Assembly: GCA_963770565.1 (NCBI GenBank) | Contig: CAVYQE010000001.1 | Span: 1,056,001-1,120,000, forward strand | From: an uncultured Actinomycetota bacterium | GTDB lineage: Bacteria > Actinomycetota > Actinomycetes > JAFAQI01 | Length of the DNA stretch: 64,000 bases | Direction: 5' to 3' | Part shown: positions 20,288-29,804 of the stretch, in pieces | Numbering within the stretch: the first letter of the stretch is position 1 | How the letters are laid out: the number at the start of each line of letters is the position of its first letter | The notes under the pieces: generated by a model | Seen by the model: only the letters and a program-made list of their open reading frames with translations | The model's database searches: none | Told to the model about the DNA's origin: nothing | Made by a program: the position numbers and the translations under genes

Positions 20288-20905
20288 ATGCGGCACAGTC
20301 CTGAACACGCGACGAGCGACGTCGAGGTGGTTCGTCGCCTGATCCGCGAGAACCCGTGGGCGATCCTGGTCAGCAACAACGACGGTGATCTGGTCGCCTC
20401 GCACTACCCGATCCTGCTCGACGACGGGGCCGAGGACCTGACGGTGCTCACCCATGTCGGCCGGCCCGATGACAAGCTGCACGGGTTCGGGGAGCGGGAA
20501 GTCCTGTTGATCGTGCAGGCCCGCATCAACGGCTACATCTCGCCGAGCTGGTACGCGCCCGGTGCAATCCGCGCGCCAACGTGGAACTTCAGCGCCGCGC
20601 ATTGTTACGGCGTACCTCAGCTGCTCGACGAGGACGAAAACCTCGACGTGCTCGCCAGGCTGGTCGCCAACTTCGAGGCCCGAGTGGACGAACCGATGCT
20701 GCTGGATCCGTCCTGGGCTCGTCCGCTGGCCCGAGGCACGGTGGGCATCCGGCTCCCGATCACGCGCTTCGTGTGCAAGGTCAAGATGAGCCAGGACAAG
20801 GACCCGGTCACCCAACGTCAGGTGATCGCGGCCTTGCGAGCGCCCGGGCCGTTCCACAACTCCGAGCTCGCGGAGGAGATGGTGCGGACTCTGTACGGCG
20901 ACTAA
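20288..20905 (+). CDS. FMN-binding negative transcriptional regulator (PaiB family)
   Basis: ASHYP, GYISPSWY, PTWNF.AAH.YG, KMSQDK. Confidence 0.88.
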   Translation: MRHSPEHATSDVEVVRRLIRENPWAILVSNNDGDLVASHYPILLDDGAEDLTVLTHVGRPDDKLHGFGEREVLLIVQARINGYISPSWYAPGAIRAPTWNFSAAHCYGVPQLLDEDENLDVLARLVANFEARVDEPMLLDPSWARPLARGTVGIRLPITRFVCKVKMSQDKDPVTQRQVIAALRAPGPFHNSELAEEMVRTLYGD

Positions 20906-20939
20906 GTGTGAGGGTTTGGCCGAGACCTAGGCTCGGTCC

Positions 20940-21548
20940 ATGGCGATGAACCCCGATCAGTTCTATCAACATGCGCTGGCTGCTGCGGACACTGACCGTC
21001 GCTTGCCGCTGTCGCGGATGACGGGTTGGGAGATCAGCCCGTTCGAGCCGGATGGTCTGCGGGTTTCTCCGTTGCGCCCGCCCGTTCTGCCGGAGCCCGC
21101 GCGACAGGGTGAGGACCCGTCCGACTGCCACTCGTGTCGTCGCCGCGACGAAGGCATCTGGCTCGACGAGCACTGGCGGATGACCCGGATCCCCGGTGTC
21201 GGCGTGCCGTTGGTGCTCATGCTGCACCCGCGCGACCACTACGACCTCGGCGACCTTCCTGATGAGATGGCTGCCGAGCTCGGCGTGCTGACCGCGCAGG
21301 TTGCTCGGCACATCGAGCGGTTGCCGAACGTCTCGCGCGCGCATGTCTACCGGATCGGGGATGGCGGTGCGCACCTGCACGTCTGGTTCTTCGCCCGGCC
21401 CGAAGGGCAGGCCCAGCTCTACGGATCGTGGCTGGTCGTGTGGGACGACCTGCTGCCGGAGTACCCGGCCGATCCCGCGGACCACGATGCGAGAGTCGTG
21501 GCCGAAGCACTGGCTGCCTCCTACGGCGGCACCACCTCGGCGCACTGA
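20940..21548 (+). CDS. HIT-like protein
   Basis: CHSC, HPRDH, GDGGAHLHVWFFARP (HIT-type HxH motif). Confidence 0.7.
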   Translation: MAMNPDQFYQHALAAADTDRRLPLSRMTGWEISPFEPDGLRVSPLRPPVLPEPARQGEDPSDCHSCRRRDEGIWLDEHWRMTRIPGVGVPLVLMLHPRDHYDLGDLPDEMAAELGVLTAQVARHIERLPNVSRAHVYRIGDGGAHLHVWFFARPEGQAQLYGSWLVVWDDLLPEYPADPADHDARVVAEALAASYGGTTSAH

Positions 21549-21560
21549 AGCCTCAGCTCG

Positions 21561-22301
21561 TCAGGAGGGCCACGGATTCGCTGCCTGGCGCCGATGCCAC
21601 CGCTGTCCGCCGTCGGTGGAGCGGTATATCCAGGTCGCGAGCGGAGCGGTATCACTTCCCGGTGGCAACGCGTCTCCGGTCGCCCGGACGATGATCCCGT
21701 TGCCGACAACGCGGAGGCTGAGAACGCCGCCGGGAAACAACGCCTGGACCCAATGCCGGCCGAGGTCGCCGGACGTCTTGACCAGATTGCCGGTTTGACC
21801 CCACGCGATCAGGGTGGCGTTGGCCAATGACACGAGCTGAGTCGTCGTACCTGGTCCGTCGGCCCCCGCGTGGTAGAACTGCGGTCCGTCGACGCTCCAT
21901 GACCGGCCGCCGTCGCGGCTCAGGGCCGGGTAGGCGAATCCGAAGAGCGTCCCTTGATCCGCCAGACCAGCGTCCACGCCGGCACCCAGATCGACCCTGG
22001 AGCGGATGTCTCGCGAAGGGACCGTTGTGCCCGGTGGCAGCCAGGCCAGCCCGCCGCCCGGATCGGTCGCCGGGTCGGGAGTGGCCACGATCGTCTTCGG
22101 GAAGCCGAGCGTGCCCGGCGGCAGCGTGCGCTCCAGCCGAGCGAGGTTCGCGGGTGGCGGCGAGGCGGTCCGGCTGTCGACCGGCGAGGCGACCGAGGGC
22201 GTTGACGGCGGGCCGGCTCCCCGTGCGCGGGGACTGCTTGAGCAGCCGCTGATGATGACGGCGACGACAACCGCCGCGCTCGCGACGCATCGGCGGCCCA
22301 C
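21561..22301 (-). CDS. Lipoprotein with three Asp-box (BNR) repeats
   Basis: Lipobox IISGC, Pro/Ser linker, SRDGGRSW / SGDLGRHW / STDGGQRW. Start approximate. Confidence 0.6.
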   Translation of the reverse strand: MGRRCVASAAVVVAVIISGCSSSPRARGAGPPSTPSVASPVDSRTASPPPANLARLERTLPPGTLGFPKTIVATPDPATDPGGGLAWLPPGTTVPSRDIRSRVDLGAGVDAGLADQGTLFGFAYPALSRDGGRSWSVDGPQFYHAGADGPGTTTQLVSLANATLIAWGQTGNLVKTSGDLGRHWVQALFPGGVLSLRVVGNGIIVRATGDALPPGSDTAPLATWIYRSTDGGQRWHRRQAANPWPS

Positions 22302-22371
22302 GCTAGGTAGACGGGGCTTGTGGCGTGCTGGTTGGTGACCCGACCGCGAGCGGGCGTGACAGGGTGTCGTC

Positions 22372-22734
22372 GTGCAGGTGAAGGGGATCGTGTTCGTCGG
22401 TACGGCGACACCCGCGCGCCCGGAGATGTCGCGGTTCGTCCGCGAGGTCCTCGGGCTCACGCCCGGCCACGTCGAGGGGATCGAGGCGGATCTGTTCGAC
22501 CTGCCGGACGGCTCGTCCCTAGTGGTCGCTTCCGTGGACGGGATCGGCGACACCGAGCGCAGCGTCGGCTTCCTCGTCGATGACGTCGAAGCCGGTGCGG
22601 GCGAGTTACGAGCCGCGGGCACCCGCGTCGACGCCGAGATCTCATCGAACGCGCGGTACCGCTACGTCCACTTCTGGGCGCCCGACGGGCAGATCTACGA
22701 GCTCGTCGAGGAGATCGGTCGCACGACGGCGTAG
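22372..22734 (+). CDS. VOC/glyoxalase family protein
   Basis: FVREVLGL, GFLVDDVE, FWAPDGQIYEL. Confidence 0.82.
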   Translation: MQVKGIVFVGTATPARPEMSRFVREVLGLTPGHVEGIEADLFDLPDGSSLVVASVDGIGDTERSVGFLVDDVEAGAGELRAAGTRVDAEISSNARYRYVHFWAPDGQIYELVEEIGRTTA

Positions 22735-22738
22735 GCCG

Positions 22739-23035
22739 TTAGGCCCGGTCGACCTCGGTGAAGTGCTCGACGACCGGGAACGGGTCGTAGAAGTGGTGCA
22801 GCATCGAACGCCACTCCTGGAACTCGGGCGAGCCGCGAAACCCCTCGGTGTGGTCCTCGAGCGTCTGCCACTGCACCAGCAGCAAGTAGTTGCTCGGCCG
22901 CTCGATGCACCGCGACAGCGTGAGCCCGATGAAGCCGGGCATGGCGCTGATGATCAGCTTCGCCCGCCCGAACGCCTCCTCGAACTCGGCTTCGCGGCCA
23001 GGAAGGACGGGCAGCTCTGCGCGCTCGGTGATCAT
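22739..23035 (-). CDS. Antibiotic biosynthesis monooxygenase (ABM) family protein
   Basis: PGREAEFE, MPGF, YLLLVQWQTLEDH..GFRGS, PVVEHF. Confidence 0.88.
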   Translation of the reverse strand: MITERAELPVLPGREAEFEEAFGRAKLIISAMPGFIGLTLSRCIERPSNYLLLVQWQTLEDHTEGFRGSPEFQEWRSMLHHFYDPFPVVEHFTEVDRA

Positions 23036-23113
23036 GAGCGCAAGATATCGACCGGCCTCCACCGGTACGGACTCAGAGGCAATCTTTGGCCTCGTCAGGG
23101 AGTCTTTGCCCTT

Positions 23114-23647
23114 GTGAGGGACCAGCGCCCCGACGACTTCGCGGTCTTCGTCGCCGACTCGGCCACCGACCTTGCGCGGCTGGCCAGGGTGCTGTCCTCG
23201 GATCCCGCGTCGGCCGAGGATCTCCTTCAGTCAACCTTGCTCCGGGTATGGCGGTCCTGGCCGAAGGTACGAGCCGCGGACCATCCTCCGGCATACGCCC
23301 GCCGGATCATGGTCAACGTCGCGACCTCGGGCTGGCGTCGTCGATGGCGGGCCGAGATCCCGACCGAGCGCCTCCCGGAGCCCTCGGTGGGCGACCAGCA
23401 GCACGCCGTGGCCGATCGCGACTGGCTGATCAGAGCGGTCCGCGACCTGCCGGCCCGGCAGCGCGCGGCGATCGTCCTGCGCTACTTCGTCGACCTTGAC
23501 GACGCCGCTATTGCCGACCAGCTCGGCTGCTCCGTTGCCACGGTTCGCAGCCAGATCAGCCGTGCCTTGGACCGTTTGCGAGTGACCGGGTCCGATTCAG
23601 CGGCAACCGGAGGTGATGACGATCGTGACCATGTACACCGAGCATGA
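23114..23647 (+). CDS. ECF RNA polymerase sigma factor, SigE family
   Basis: AEDLLQ..L...W..W, AYARR, LPARQRAAIVLRYF.DL, TVRSQISRAL. Confidence 0.88.
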   Translation: MRDQRPDDFAVFVADSATDLARLARVLSSDPASAEDLLQSTLLRVWRSWPKVRAADHPPAYARRIMVNVATSGWRRRWRAEIPTERLPEPSVGDQQHAVADRDWLIRAVRDLPARQRAAIVLRYFVDLDDAAIADQLGCSVATVRSQISRALDRLRVTGSDSAATGGDDDRDHVHRA

Positions 23648-24404
23648 CCTGCGGCGGGCGCTGTCCGCGGAAGCGGCCGCCGCCGAGGCGCGAAGCGACT
23701 CGCTGTGGGATCAGTTGCGTGCCCGTCGGGCCCGGCAGCGCCGGCGCCAGGCGGTCGCGGCGACCCTTTCGGTGCTCGCCGTCGGGGGCGCCGTCCTCGG
23801 CATCGCGGTCGTGGGGCGACCAGCTCGCATCGGGCCGTCGGCGCAGCCGTCGTACCAGCGGATCTGCGCCCATGAGCCGGACGTGTGCGTGCGGGTCGAG
23901 AAGGGGACCTTGCCGGCCGGGCTGACCCGCCCGCTGCACCTTCCCCGGCTCGCGCCCGGCGCACGCTGCCCGGTGACCACGGGGCGCGACAGCACAACTC
24001 GCTACGTCGGTGGGCTCATGTTCGGCGACACTCCGGTCCAGATGATCTTCGGCGATCGGGGCGATCCGGCTCGCGGGCTCGTCGAACTCGGCGCTCCCGA
24101 GCAGACGTCCTGGCTCGCGGCCGAGAATTCGTTACTCATCAGTCCCGACTATCGGGGTCCCGTCCTCCTTCGGGGCCGTCGGCTGGACAGTCCTGGTACC
24201 GCGTTCTTCGACGGCTCGACCGTGAGCTCTTATGTGGACCCGCCGCACGATGCGAACACGCAGAGCGATGGTTCGCGGACGCCACCGGCCAGCGTCTTCG
24301 TGCGCTCCGCCGGTTGTTACGGCTTCCAGATCGACGGGACGACCTTCAGTGAAACCATCGTGGTGGATCTGACCGCGCCATCGCACAGGACGCGCTCTGC
24401 TTAG
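23613..24404 (+). CDS. Membrane-anchored protein, putative anti-sigma/sensor partner
   Basis: EHDLRRAL, Arg-rich RARQRRR before one TM helix, extracellular domain with CPVT and GCYGFQIDG. Overlaps the sigma 3' end; start one of ATG 23616/23631. Confidence 0.65.
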   Translation: MMTIVTMYTEHDLRRALSAEAAAAEARSDSLWDQLRARRARQRRRQAVAATLSVLAVGGAVLGIAVVGRPARIGPSAQPSYQRICAHEPDVCVRVEKGTLPAGLTRPLHLPRLAPGARCPVTTGRDSTTRYVGGLMFGDTPVQMIFGDRGDPARGLVELGAPEQTSWLAAENSLLISPDYRGPVLLRGRRLDSPGTAFFDGSTVSSYVDPPHDANTQSDGSRTPPASVFVRSAGCYGFQIDGTTFSETIVVDLTAPSHRTRSA

Positions 24405-25120
24405 CGCGGCGTCGGCACCTTGGGGCCGTTGACGCCCCAGTAGATCAGCCGGATCATCGCGTCGCGGACGTGGGCGAAGGAGATGTCCCAGGCTTCGAAC
24501 CCGCCCTGGTGGCCGGCCATCTGAGGCAACATGCCGATCAAGGACCCGGCCATCGCCATCGGGTCGACCTCGCAGTCCTTGCCTTGCACCGCCTCGATCT
24601 CCGCGGCCAGCGCCTTGGTCATCCCGTTCAGCATCACCACGCGGGTGTGCCGGAACCGCTTGTCACCCTCGGTCGAGAGCAGGTCGATGACCCGCAGCGT
24701 CGGTCGGTGCGTCCGCCAGAATTCGATGAACGCGTCGACCAGCCGCTCGGCGCTCGCGACCCCGGCGGCGCCTTTCCACGGCTGCCCGGCGATCAGCGCG
24801 ACGAGCGCCTGGCCTTCCTCGGCGGTGCGCTCGGCGACGGCGAGCAACACCGTCTCGAGATCGACGAAGTACTGGTAGAAGGTGGCCGGTGAGGTGCCCG
24901 CCGCCCGGGTGATGTCGGTGATCTTCAGATCCCGGTACGGCGTACTGCTCAGCAACTCGATCGTGCAGTCGAGCAACCGTTGGCGGGTGGCCAGGCCGCG
25001 TCGTCCGGGCACCCGGCCGTCGACCGCTCGGAGCGGGGGCGCCGACCGCTTGCTCCGCGGAGTTGACGGGGCGTCAGATTTCGGCACGGTCGCGATCGTA
25101 GTCGCTGGACGGCGGGTCAT
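24401..25120 (-). CDS. TetR/AcrR family transcriptional regulator
   Basis: GRRGLATRQRLL, ITDITRAAGTSPATFYQYF. Start ATG 25120 (coupled to SDR) or leaderless GTG 25087. Confidence 0.9.
   Translation of the reverse strand: MTRRPATTIATVPKSDAPSTPRSKRSAPPLRAVDGRVPGRRGLATRQRLLDCTIELLSSTPYRDLKITDITRAAGTSPATFYQYFVDLETVLLAVAERTAEEGQALVALIAGQPWKGAAGVASAERLVDAFIEFWRTHRPTLRVIDLLSTEGDKRFRHTRVVMLNGMTKALAAEIEAVQGKDCEVDPMAMAGSLIGMLPQMAGHQGGFEAWDISFAHVRDAMIRLIYWGVNGPKVPTPR
25062..25080. promoter_or_regulatory. Putative TetR operator copy 2 (GTTGACG-GGG-CGTCAGATT)
   Basis: Same TGACG-N3-CGTCAGA core, just downstream of TACGAT (minus, 25095-25100) and GTG 25087 of the TetR gene. Confidence 0.6.
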
Positions 25121-25863
25121 GGCTCGAGTGCCAACAGGAACGGCGGCGGCTCGCCGCCACCGTGTACGGCGAGGTCGGCGCCGGTCACGAAGGCCGCTTC
25201 GGGCGAGGCCAGGAACAGGCAGGCTTGGGCCACGTCGTGCGGCTGGACCAGGCGGTTCATCGGGATCGTGTCCACCACCACCTCGAATGCCTGGTCGCTT
25301 CCGTAGTGAAGCGCGGTCTGCTCGGTCTCGAGATAGCCGACCGTGACGATGTTGACCCGGACCTTCGGCGCCCACTCCATCGCGAGGGTCGTGGTGAGGT
25401 TGGCAAGCCCCGCCTTGGCCGCGCCGTACGCCGCAGTGCCGGGGGAGGGCCGATGGCCGGACAGGCTGCCGATGTTGATGATCGAGCCGCCGTCCGTCTG
25501 CCCCTGCATGACCCGATTCGCGGCCTGCGCGACGTAGAACGGCGCGAGCAGGTTGAGCGCGACGACCTTCTCGACGAAGTGCGGCGAGACCTCGGCCGAG
25601 GATGACGGTGGCGACCCGCCGGCGTTGTTGATCACCAGGTCGAGCCGGCCGAATCGACTCACGGTGGCCTCGACCACGCCGGCCGCAGCCGCCGGATCAC
25701 GAAGGTCGGCGGTCACGAAGGCCTCGAACGGCTCGGCCGGAGCGTGGCGGGCGCACGTCATCACGTCGGCGCCAGCGGCCCGGAACTCCTGTACAAGCCC
25801 ACGCCCGAGGCCCTTCGTGCCACCGGTGATCAGGACGACGCGGCCACTCAGGTCGACGCTCAC
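25117..25863 (-). CDS. Short-chain dehydrogenase/reductase (Rv3549c-like)
   Basis: TGGTKGLG, NNAGGSP, YGAAK. Divergent from echA20 as in the mycobacterial C/D-ring cluster. Confidence 0.88.
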   Translation of the reverse strand: MSVDLSGRVVLITGGTKGLGRGLVQEFRAAGADVMTCARHAPAEPFEAFVTADLRDPAAAAGVVEATVSRFGRLDLVINNAGGSPPSSSAEVSPHFVEKVVALNLLAPFYVAQAANRVMQGQTDGGSIINIGSLSGHRPSPGTAAYGAAKAGLANLTTTLAMEWAPKVRVNIVTVGYLETEQTALHYGSDQAFEVVVDTIPMNRLVQPHDVAQACLFLASPEAAFVTGADLAVHGGGEPPPFLLALEP

Positions 25864-25911
25864 CGGTTCATCGTCGCAAAGCCCGCCTCAGGTGGCAGGA
25901 TTGGCGCGCAG

Positions 25912-25931
25912 GAATCTGACGCCACATCAGA
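25912..25931. promoter_or_regulatory. Putative TetR operator copy 3 (GAATCTGACG-CCA-CATCAGA)
   Basis: One mismatch to the TCTGACG-N3-CGTCAGA core, in the SDR/echA20 divergent intergenic region. Confidence 0.7.
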
Positions 25932-25940
25932 AAGGCCATC

Positions 25941-26711
25941 GTGGGGATCACGACCGACGTCACCGACCACATCGCGGAGGTGGTCGTCGATGTGCCGCCG
26001 GTCAATGCGCTGCCGGTCGCCGGTTGGTTCGAGCTGGCCGACGCGCTGACCGCCGCGGGTCGGAATCCCGACGTGCGGGTGGTCGTGCTTGCAGCCGAGG
26101 GCAAGGGCTTCAACGCCGGCGTCGACATCAAGGAGATGCAGTCGACCGACGGTTTCACAGCCCTCGTCGGCGCCAATCAGGGGTGCGCGGCGGCGTTCGC
26201 GGCGGTCTATGACTGCGCGGTTCCGGTCATCGCGGCAGTGCAGGGCTACTGCCTCGGTGGCGGCATCGGCTTGGCCGGCAACGCCGACCTGATCGTCGCC
26301 TCGGACGACGCGACCTTCGGCCTGCCCGAGGTCAAGCAGGGTGCGCTCGGCGCCGCGACCCACCTCGCCCGCTTGGTGCCGCAGCAGCGGATGCGGCACC
26401 TCGTCTACACCGCCGAGCACGCGACCGCGCAGGAGCTGGCGTCGTACGGCACGGTGCTCACCGTCGTGCCCCGCGAGCAGCTGCGGATGGCGGCCCGGGT
26501 GGTGGCGGCGCAGATCGCCGCGATGGACCCCACCGTGATCCGCGCCGCGAAGGCATCGCTCAACGGCATCGACCCGGTCGACGTCAAGCGGTCGTACCGG
26601 TTCGAGCAGGGCTTCACCTTCGAGCTCAACCTGACCGGCGTCTCCGACCAGGCCCGCGATGCGTTCGTCGACCGGCGCGACCGGTGGGCGGCGGACCCTC
26701 CCGATGCCTGA
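25941..26711 (+). CDS. echA20: Enoyl-CoA hydratase EchA20 (HIP-CoA pathway)
   Basis: PPVNAL...W, GFNAGVDIKE, CLGGGIG, LPEV..GALGAATHL, SYRFEQGFTFELNL. Confidence 0.85.
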   Translation: MGITTDVTDHIAEVVVDVPPVNALPVAGWFELADALTAAGRNPDVRVVVLAAEGKGFNAGVDIKEMQSTDGFTALVGANQGCAAAFAAVYDCAVPVIAAVQGYCLGGGIGLAGNADLIVASDDATFGLPEVKQGALGAATHLARLVPQQRMRHLVYTAEHATAQELASYGTVLTVVPREQLRMAARVVAAQIAAMDPTVIRAAKASLNGIDPVDVKRSYRFEQGFTFELNLTGVSDQARDAFVDRRDRWAADPPDA

Positions 26712-27553
26712 CAAACGGATGACCGTCGATGAGATCGTCGGCGAGCTGCGTGACGGCATGACGATCGGAATCGGCGGGTGGGGGTCTCGGCGCAAGCCGA
26801 TGACGTTGGTGCGGGCGATGCTTCGGTCGGCGCTCACCGACCTGACCGTCGTGTCGTACGGCGGGCCCGACGTCGGCATGTTGTGCGCCGCGGGCAAGGT
26901 GCGCAAGGTGGTCTTCGCGTTCGTGTCGTTGGACTCGATCGCGCTCGAGCCGCACTTCCGGGTCGCGCGGCAGAACGGTGCGGTCGACTCGCTCGAGCTC
27001 GACGAGGGGATGTTGCTCCTCGGTCTGCAAGCGGCTGCGTGGCGGGTGCCGTTCCTGCCGACCCGGGCCGGGCTCGGCTCCGACGTGGTCGAGAAGCAGG
27101 CCGAGATCCGAACCGTCACCTCGCCGTACGACGACGGCGAGACGCTGGCGGCGATGCCGGCCTTGCCCCTCGACGTCGCACTCGTGCATCAGAACCGGGC
27201 CGACGCGGCCGGCAACGCGCAGTTCCTCGGCCCGGACCTGTACTTCGACGACCTGATTTGCCAGGCCGCGATCGCGTTCGTTCGTGAGCTGCGAGCGACT
27301 GGTCGACACCGCTGACTTCGTCAAGGCCGGATCGCACCACACCCAGCGGATCAGCCGGCTCTGGACCGACGGGGTGGTCGAGACGCCGAACGGCGCCCAC
27401 TTCACGTCGTGCGCGCCCGACTACGAGCGCGACGAGGAGTTCCAAACGGAGTACGCCGCGTCCGCAGCATCGCCGGAGGCGTGGCAGCAGTGGCGGGCCG
27501 ACTGGGTCGACCTCAGCGAGGTCGACTACCAGCGGAAGGTCGCGGCCCGCTGA
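26704..27553 (+). CDS. ipdA: Cholesterol ring-cleaving hydrolase subunit IpdA, frameshifted at ~27270-27285
   Basis: DKRMT, GMTIGIGGWGSRRKPM, FVSLDSIALEP, QFLGPDLYFDD, then in another frame SCERLV...GAHFTSC.PDYERD. Confidence 0.85.
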
Positions 27554-28278
27554 TGGCGACCCGGGCCGACGTCTGTTGCGTGGCGCTCGCCGAGTGCTTT
27601 CGCGGCGACGGCGAGATCGTCGCCAACCCGATCGGCACCCTTCCGCGCCTCGGCGGCCTGCTGGCCCGGCGCTCGTTCGAGCCTGACCTGGTGATGACCG
27701 ACGGCGAGGCGATGTTCACCGGACCGACCGGCCTGGTCGAGGCGTGGAACCCGTATCGCTCGATGTTCGAGGTCGTGTGGTCCGGCCGGCGGCACGTGAT
27801 CATGGGCGGCTCGCAACTCGACCCGCACGGCAATCACAACTTCGCCGCGATCGGCAACATGAAGCGACCGAAGGCTCAGTTACTCGGCTTCCGCGGGGCG
27901 CCTGGCAACACCGTCAACAACGTCACGTCGTACTGGGTGCCGAACCATGGTCCGCGAGTGTTCGTCGAGCAGGTCGACGTCGTCACTGGCGTCGGCTACG
28001 ACCGGGCGGCGGCGGCCGGTCCAGCGGCGTCGAGGTTCCACGAGCTGCGCAACGTCGTGACGAACCTCGCGGTCCTCGACTTCGACACCCCGGATCGGCG
28101 GATGCGGCTGAAGTCCGTGCATCCCGGCGTCGGTGTCGACGACGTCGTGGCCGCGACCGGCTTCGAGCTGGTGGTCCCGGCCGAGGTCGGTGAGTCGAGG
28201 CTGCCCACCGATGACGAGCTCTTGCTGATCGCCGAGCTCGACCCCGATGGCACCCGCTTTCAAGAAGTGCCGGCGTGA
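27553..28278 (+). CDS. ipdB: Cholesterol ring-cleaving hydrolase subunit IpdB
   Basis: ATRADVC, FRGDGEI, TDGEA, GRRHVIMG, RGAPGNT, SYWVP.H, SVHPGV. TGATG coupling with ipdA. Confidence 0.88.
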   Translation: MATRADVCCVALAECFRGDGEIVANPIGTLPRLGGLLARRSFEPDLVMTDGEAMFTGPTGLVEAWNPYRSMFEVVWSGRRHVIMGGSQLDPHGNHNFAAIGNMKRPKAQLLGFRGAPGNTVNNVTSYWVPNHGPRVFVEQVDVVTGVGYDRAAAAGPAASRFHELRNVVTNLAVLDFDTPDRRMRLKSVHPGVGVDDVVAATGFELVVPAEVGESRLPTDDELLLIAELDPDGTRFQEVPA

Positions 28279-29338
28279 GCCATCCGGCGCTGTCCACCCG
28301 GTTCACCGAGCTCGTCGGTGTGCGCTATCCGATCGTGCAGACCGGGATGGGCTGGGTCTCGACGCCGCAACTCGTGGCGGCGACCGCGGCGGCCGGCGGG
28401 CTCGGCATCCTGGCCGCGGCGACGATGTCGTACGACGAGTTGGTCGCCGCAGTCGCGGAGGTCAAGCGCCGTACGCCGGAGCCGTTCGGGGTGAACCTCC
28501 GGGCGGACCAGCCCGATGTGCGCGAGCGGATCGACGTGTTGGTGGAGCAAGGGTGTGCGGCTGGCGTCGTTCGCGATGGCGCCGAAGCCGGACTTGATCG
28601 CGCGGTTGCGGCACGGTGGCGTCCTGGTGATGCCGTCGATCGGCGCGAAACGTCACGCCGAGAAGGTCGCCGCGTGGGGGGTCGACGCCGTACTCGTGCA
28701 GGGCGGCGAGGGTGGCGGGCACACCGGATCGGTGCCGACCTCGCTGTTGCTGCCGCAGGTCGTCGACGTGGTGGGGGACGACCTGCCGGTCGTCGCGGCC
28801 GGCGGGTATTTCGACGGCCGTGGCCTGGTCGCTGCGCTTGCCTACGGTGCCAGCGCGATCGCGATGGGCACCCGCTTCCTGCTGACCGGCGACTCGCCGG
28901 TGCCGCAGTCGGTCAAGGAGCTGTATCTGTCGAAGACCGTGACTGAGACGGTGGTGACCGATCAGGTCGACGGCGTGCCGCACCGGGTCCTGCGCAGCCC
29001 GCTGGTGGAGCAGCTCGAAGGCACGTCGTCGGTGCGCCGGGTCGGCGGCGCGGTGCGCAACGCGATGCGGTTCCGCAGGAGAGCGGCGCGTCGTGGCGCG
29101 ACCTGCTCCGCGAGGGCCGGGCGATGCGCAAGGACGCAGGAGCTGTCGTGGAGCCAGGTCGTGATGGCCGGCAACACGCCGATCATGCTGCGCGCCGCGA
29201 TGGTCGACGGCCGGGTCGATCTCGGGGTGATGGCGAGCGGACAGGTGGTCGGCATGATCGACGACCTGCCGAGCTGCGCCGAGCTGATCGAGCGGATCGA
29301 TCGCCCAGGCCGAGGACGTCCTCGACCGCCTCGCCTGA
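28275..29338 (+). CDS. ipdC: IpdC-type enoyl-CoA reductase (nitronate monooxygenase family), about three frameshifts (~28550, ~29080-29130, ~29300)
   Basis: PIVQTGMGWV, PFGVNLRADQ, RHAEKV..WG.DAV.VQGGEGGGHTG, MGTRFLLT, GVMASGQV.G.IDDLP. Confidence 0.82.
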
Positions 29339-29401
29339 GCGCGGCGCACGCGGGCCGATCGAGCACTTCATCCGGCTGCTCGGGATGCCGATCAAGAGAG
29401 T

Positions 29402-29770
29402 GTGCGTACCTCGTGGCTCGCGGCCGGTGCGGTCGCGTCCTTGATCCTTCTCGCCGGCTGCGGCGGTGGCGCGAGCAAGCTCGTGCCCGGGCAGTCGGAC
29501 GCCGCGGCCGCCTGCCAGTCCAGCGGCGCTCACGCGGCAGCGCTCGCGACCCACGCCGCCGCGGTGAACCCGCGCTACGCGGTCCTGGCCGGTGACGAGG
29601 GCGCCCTCGCGGCGAACGAGGCCAACCAGGAGGGCGAGCTCTCGGACGGCACCAGCGCGGACGACAACGGTCTCGGTGCCCTCGCCGGTGCGAGCGCGGT
29701 CGGCTCGAGCGCCGACAACAACGTGATCAGAGACTGCATGGCACTCGGCCTGTCCGTCACCCACCACTGA
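29402..29770 (+). CDS. Small lipoprotein, hypothetical
   Basis: Lipobox LLAGC, two further Cys. Confidence 0.65.
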   Translation: MRTSWLAAGAVASLILLAGCGGGASKLVPGQSDAAAACQSSGAHAAALATHAAAVNPRYAVLAGDEGALAANEANQEGELSDGTSADDNGLGALAGASAVGSSADNNVIRDCMALGLSVTHH

Positions 29771-29804
29771 GCCGCGCCATCGTCACTGCCCGGGTCTCGG
29801 TGAC

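Noticed and set aside
25864-25940. KstR2 box upstream of echA20
   Set aside because: No AnCAAGnnCTTGnT match seen; a different palindrome is present instead.
26704-29338. ipdA/ipdC as programmed frameshift genes or true pseudogenes
   Set aside because: No slippery heptamers, and indels are spread over many unrelated genes nearby, so sequencing error is more parsimonious.
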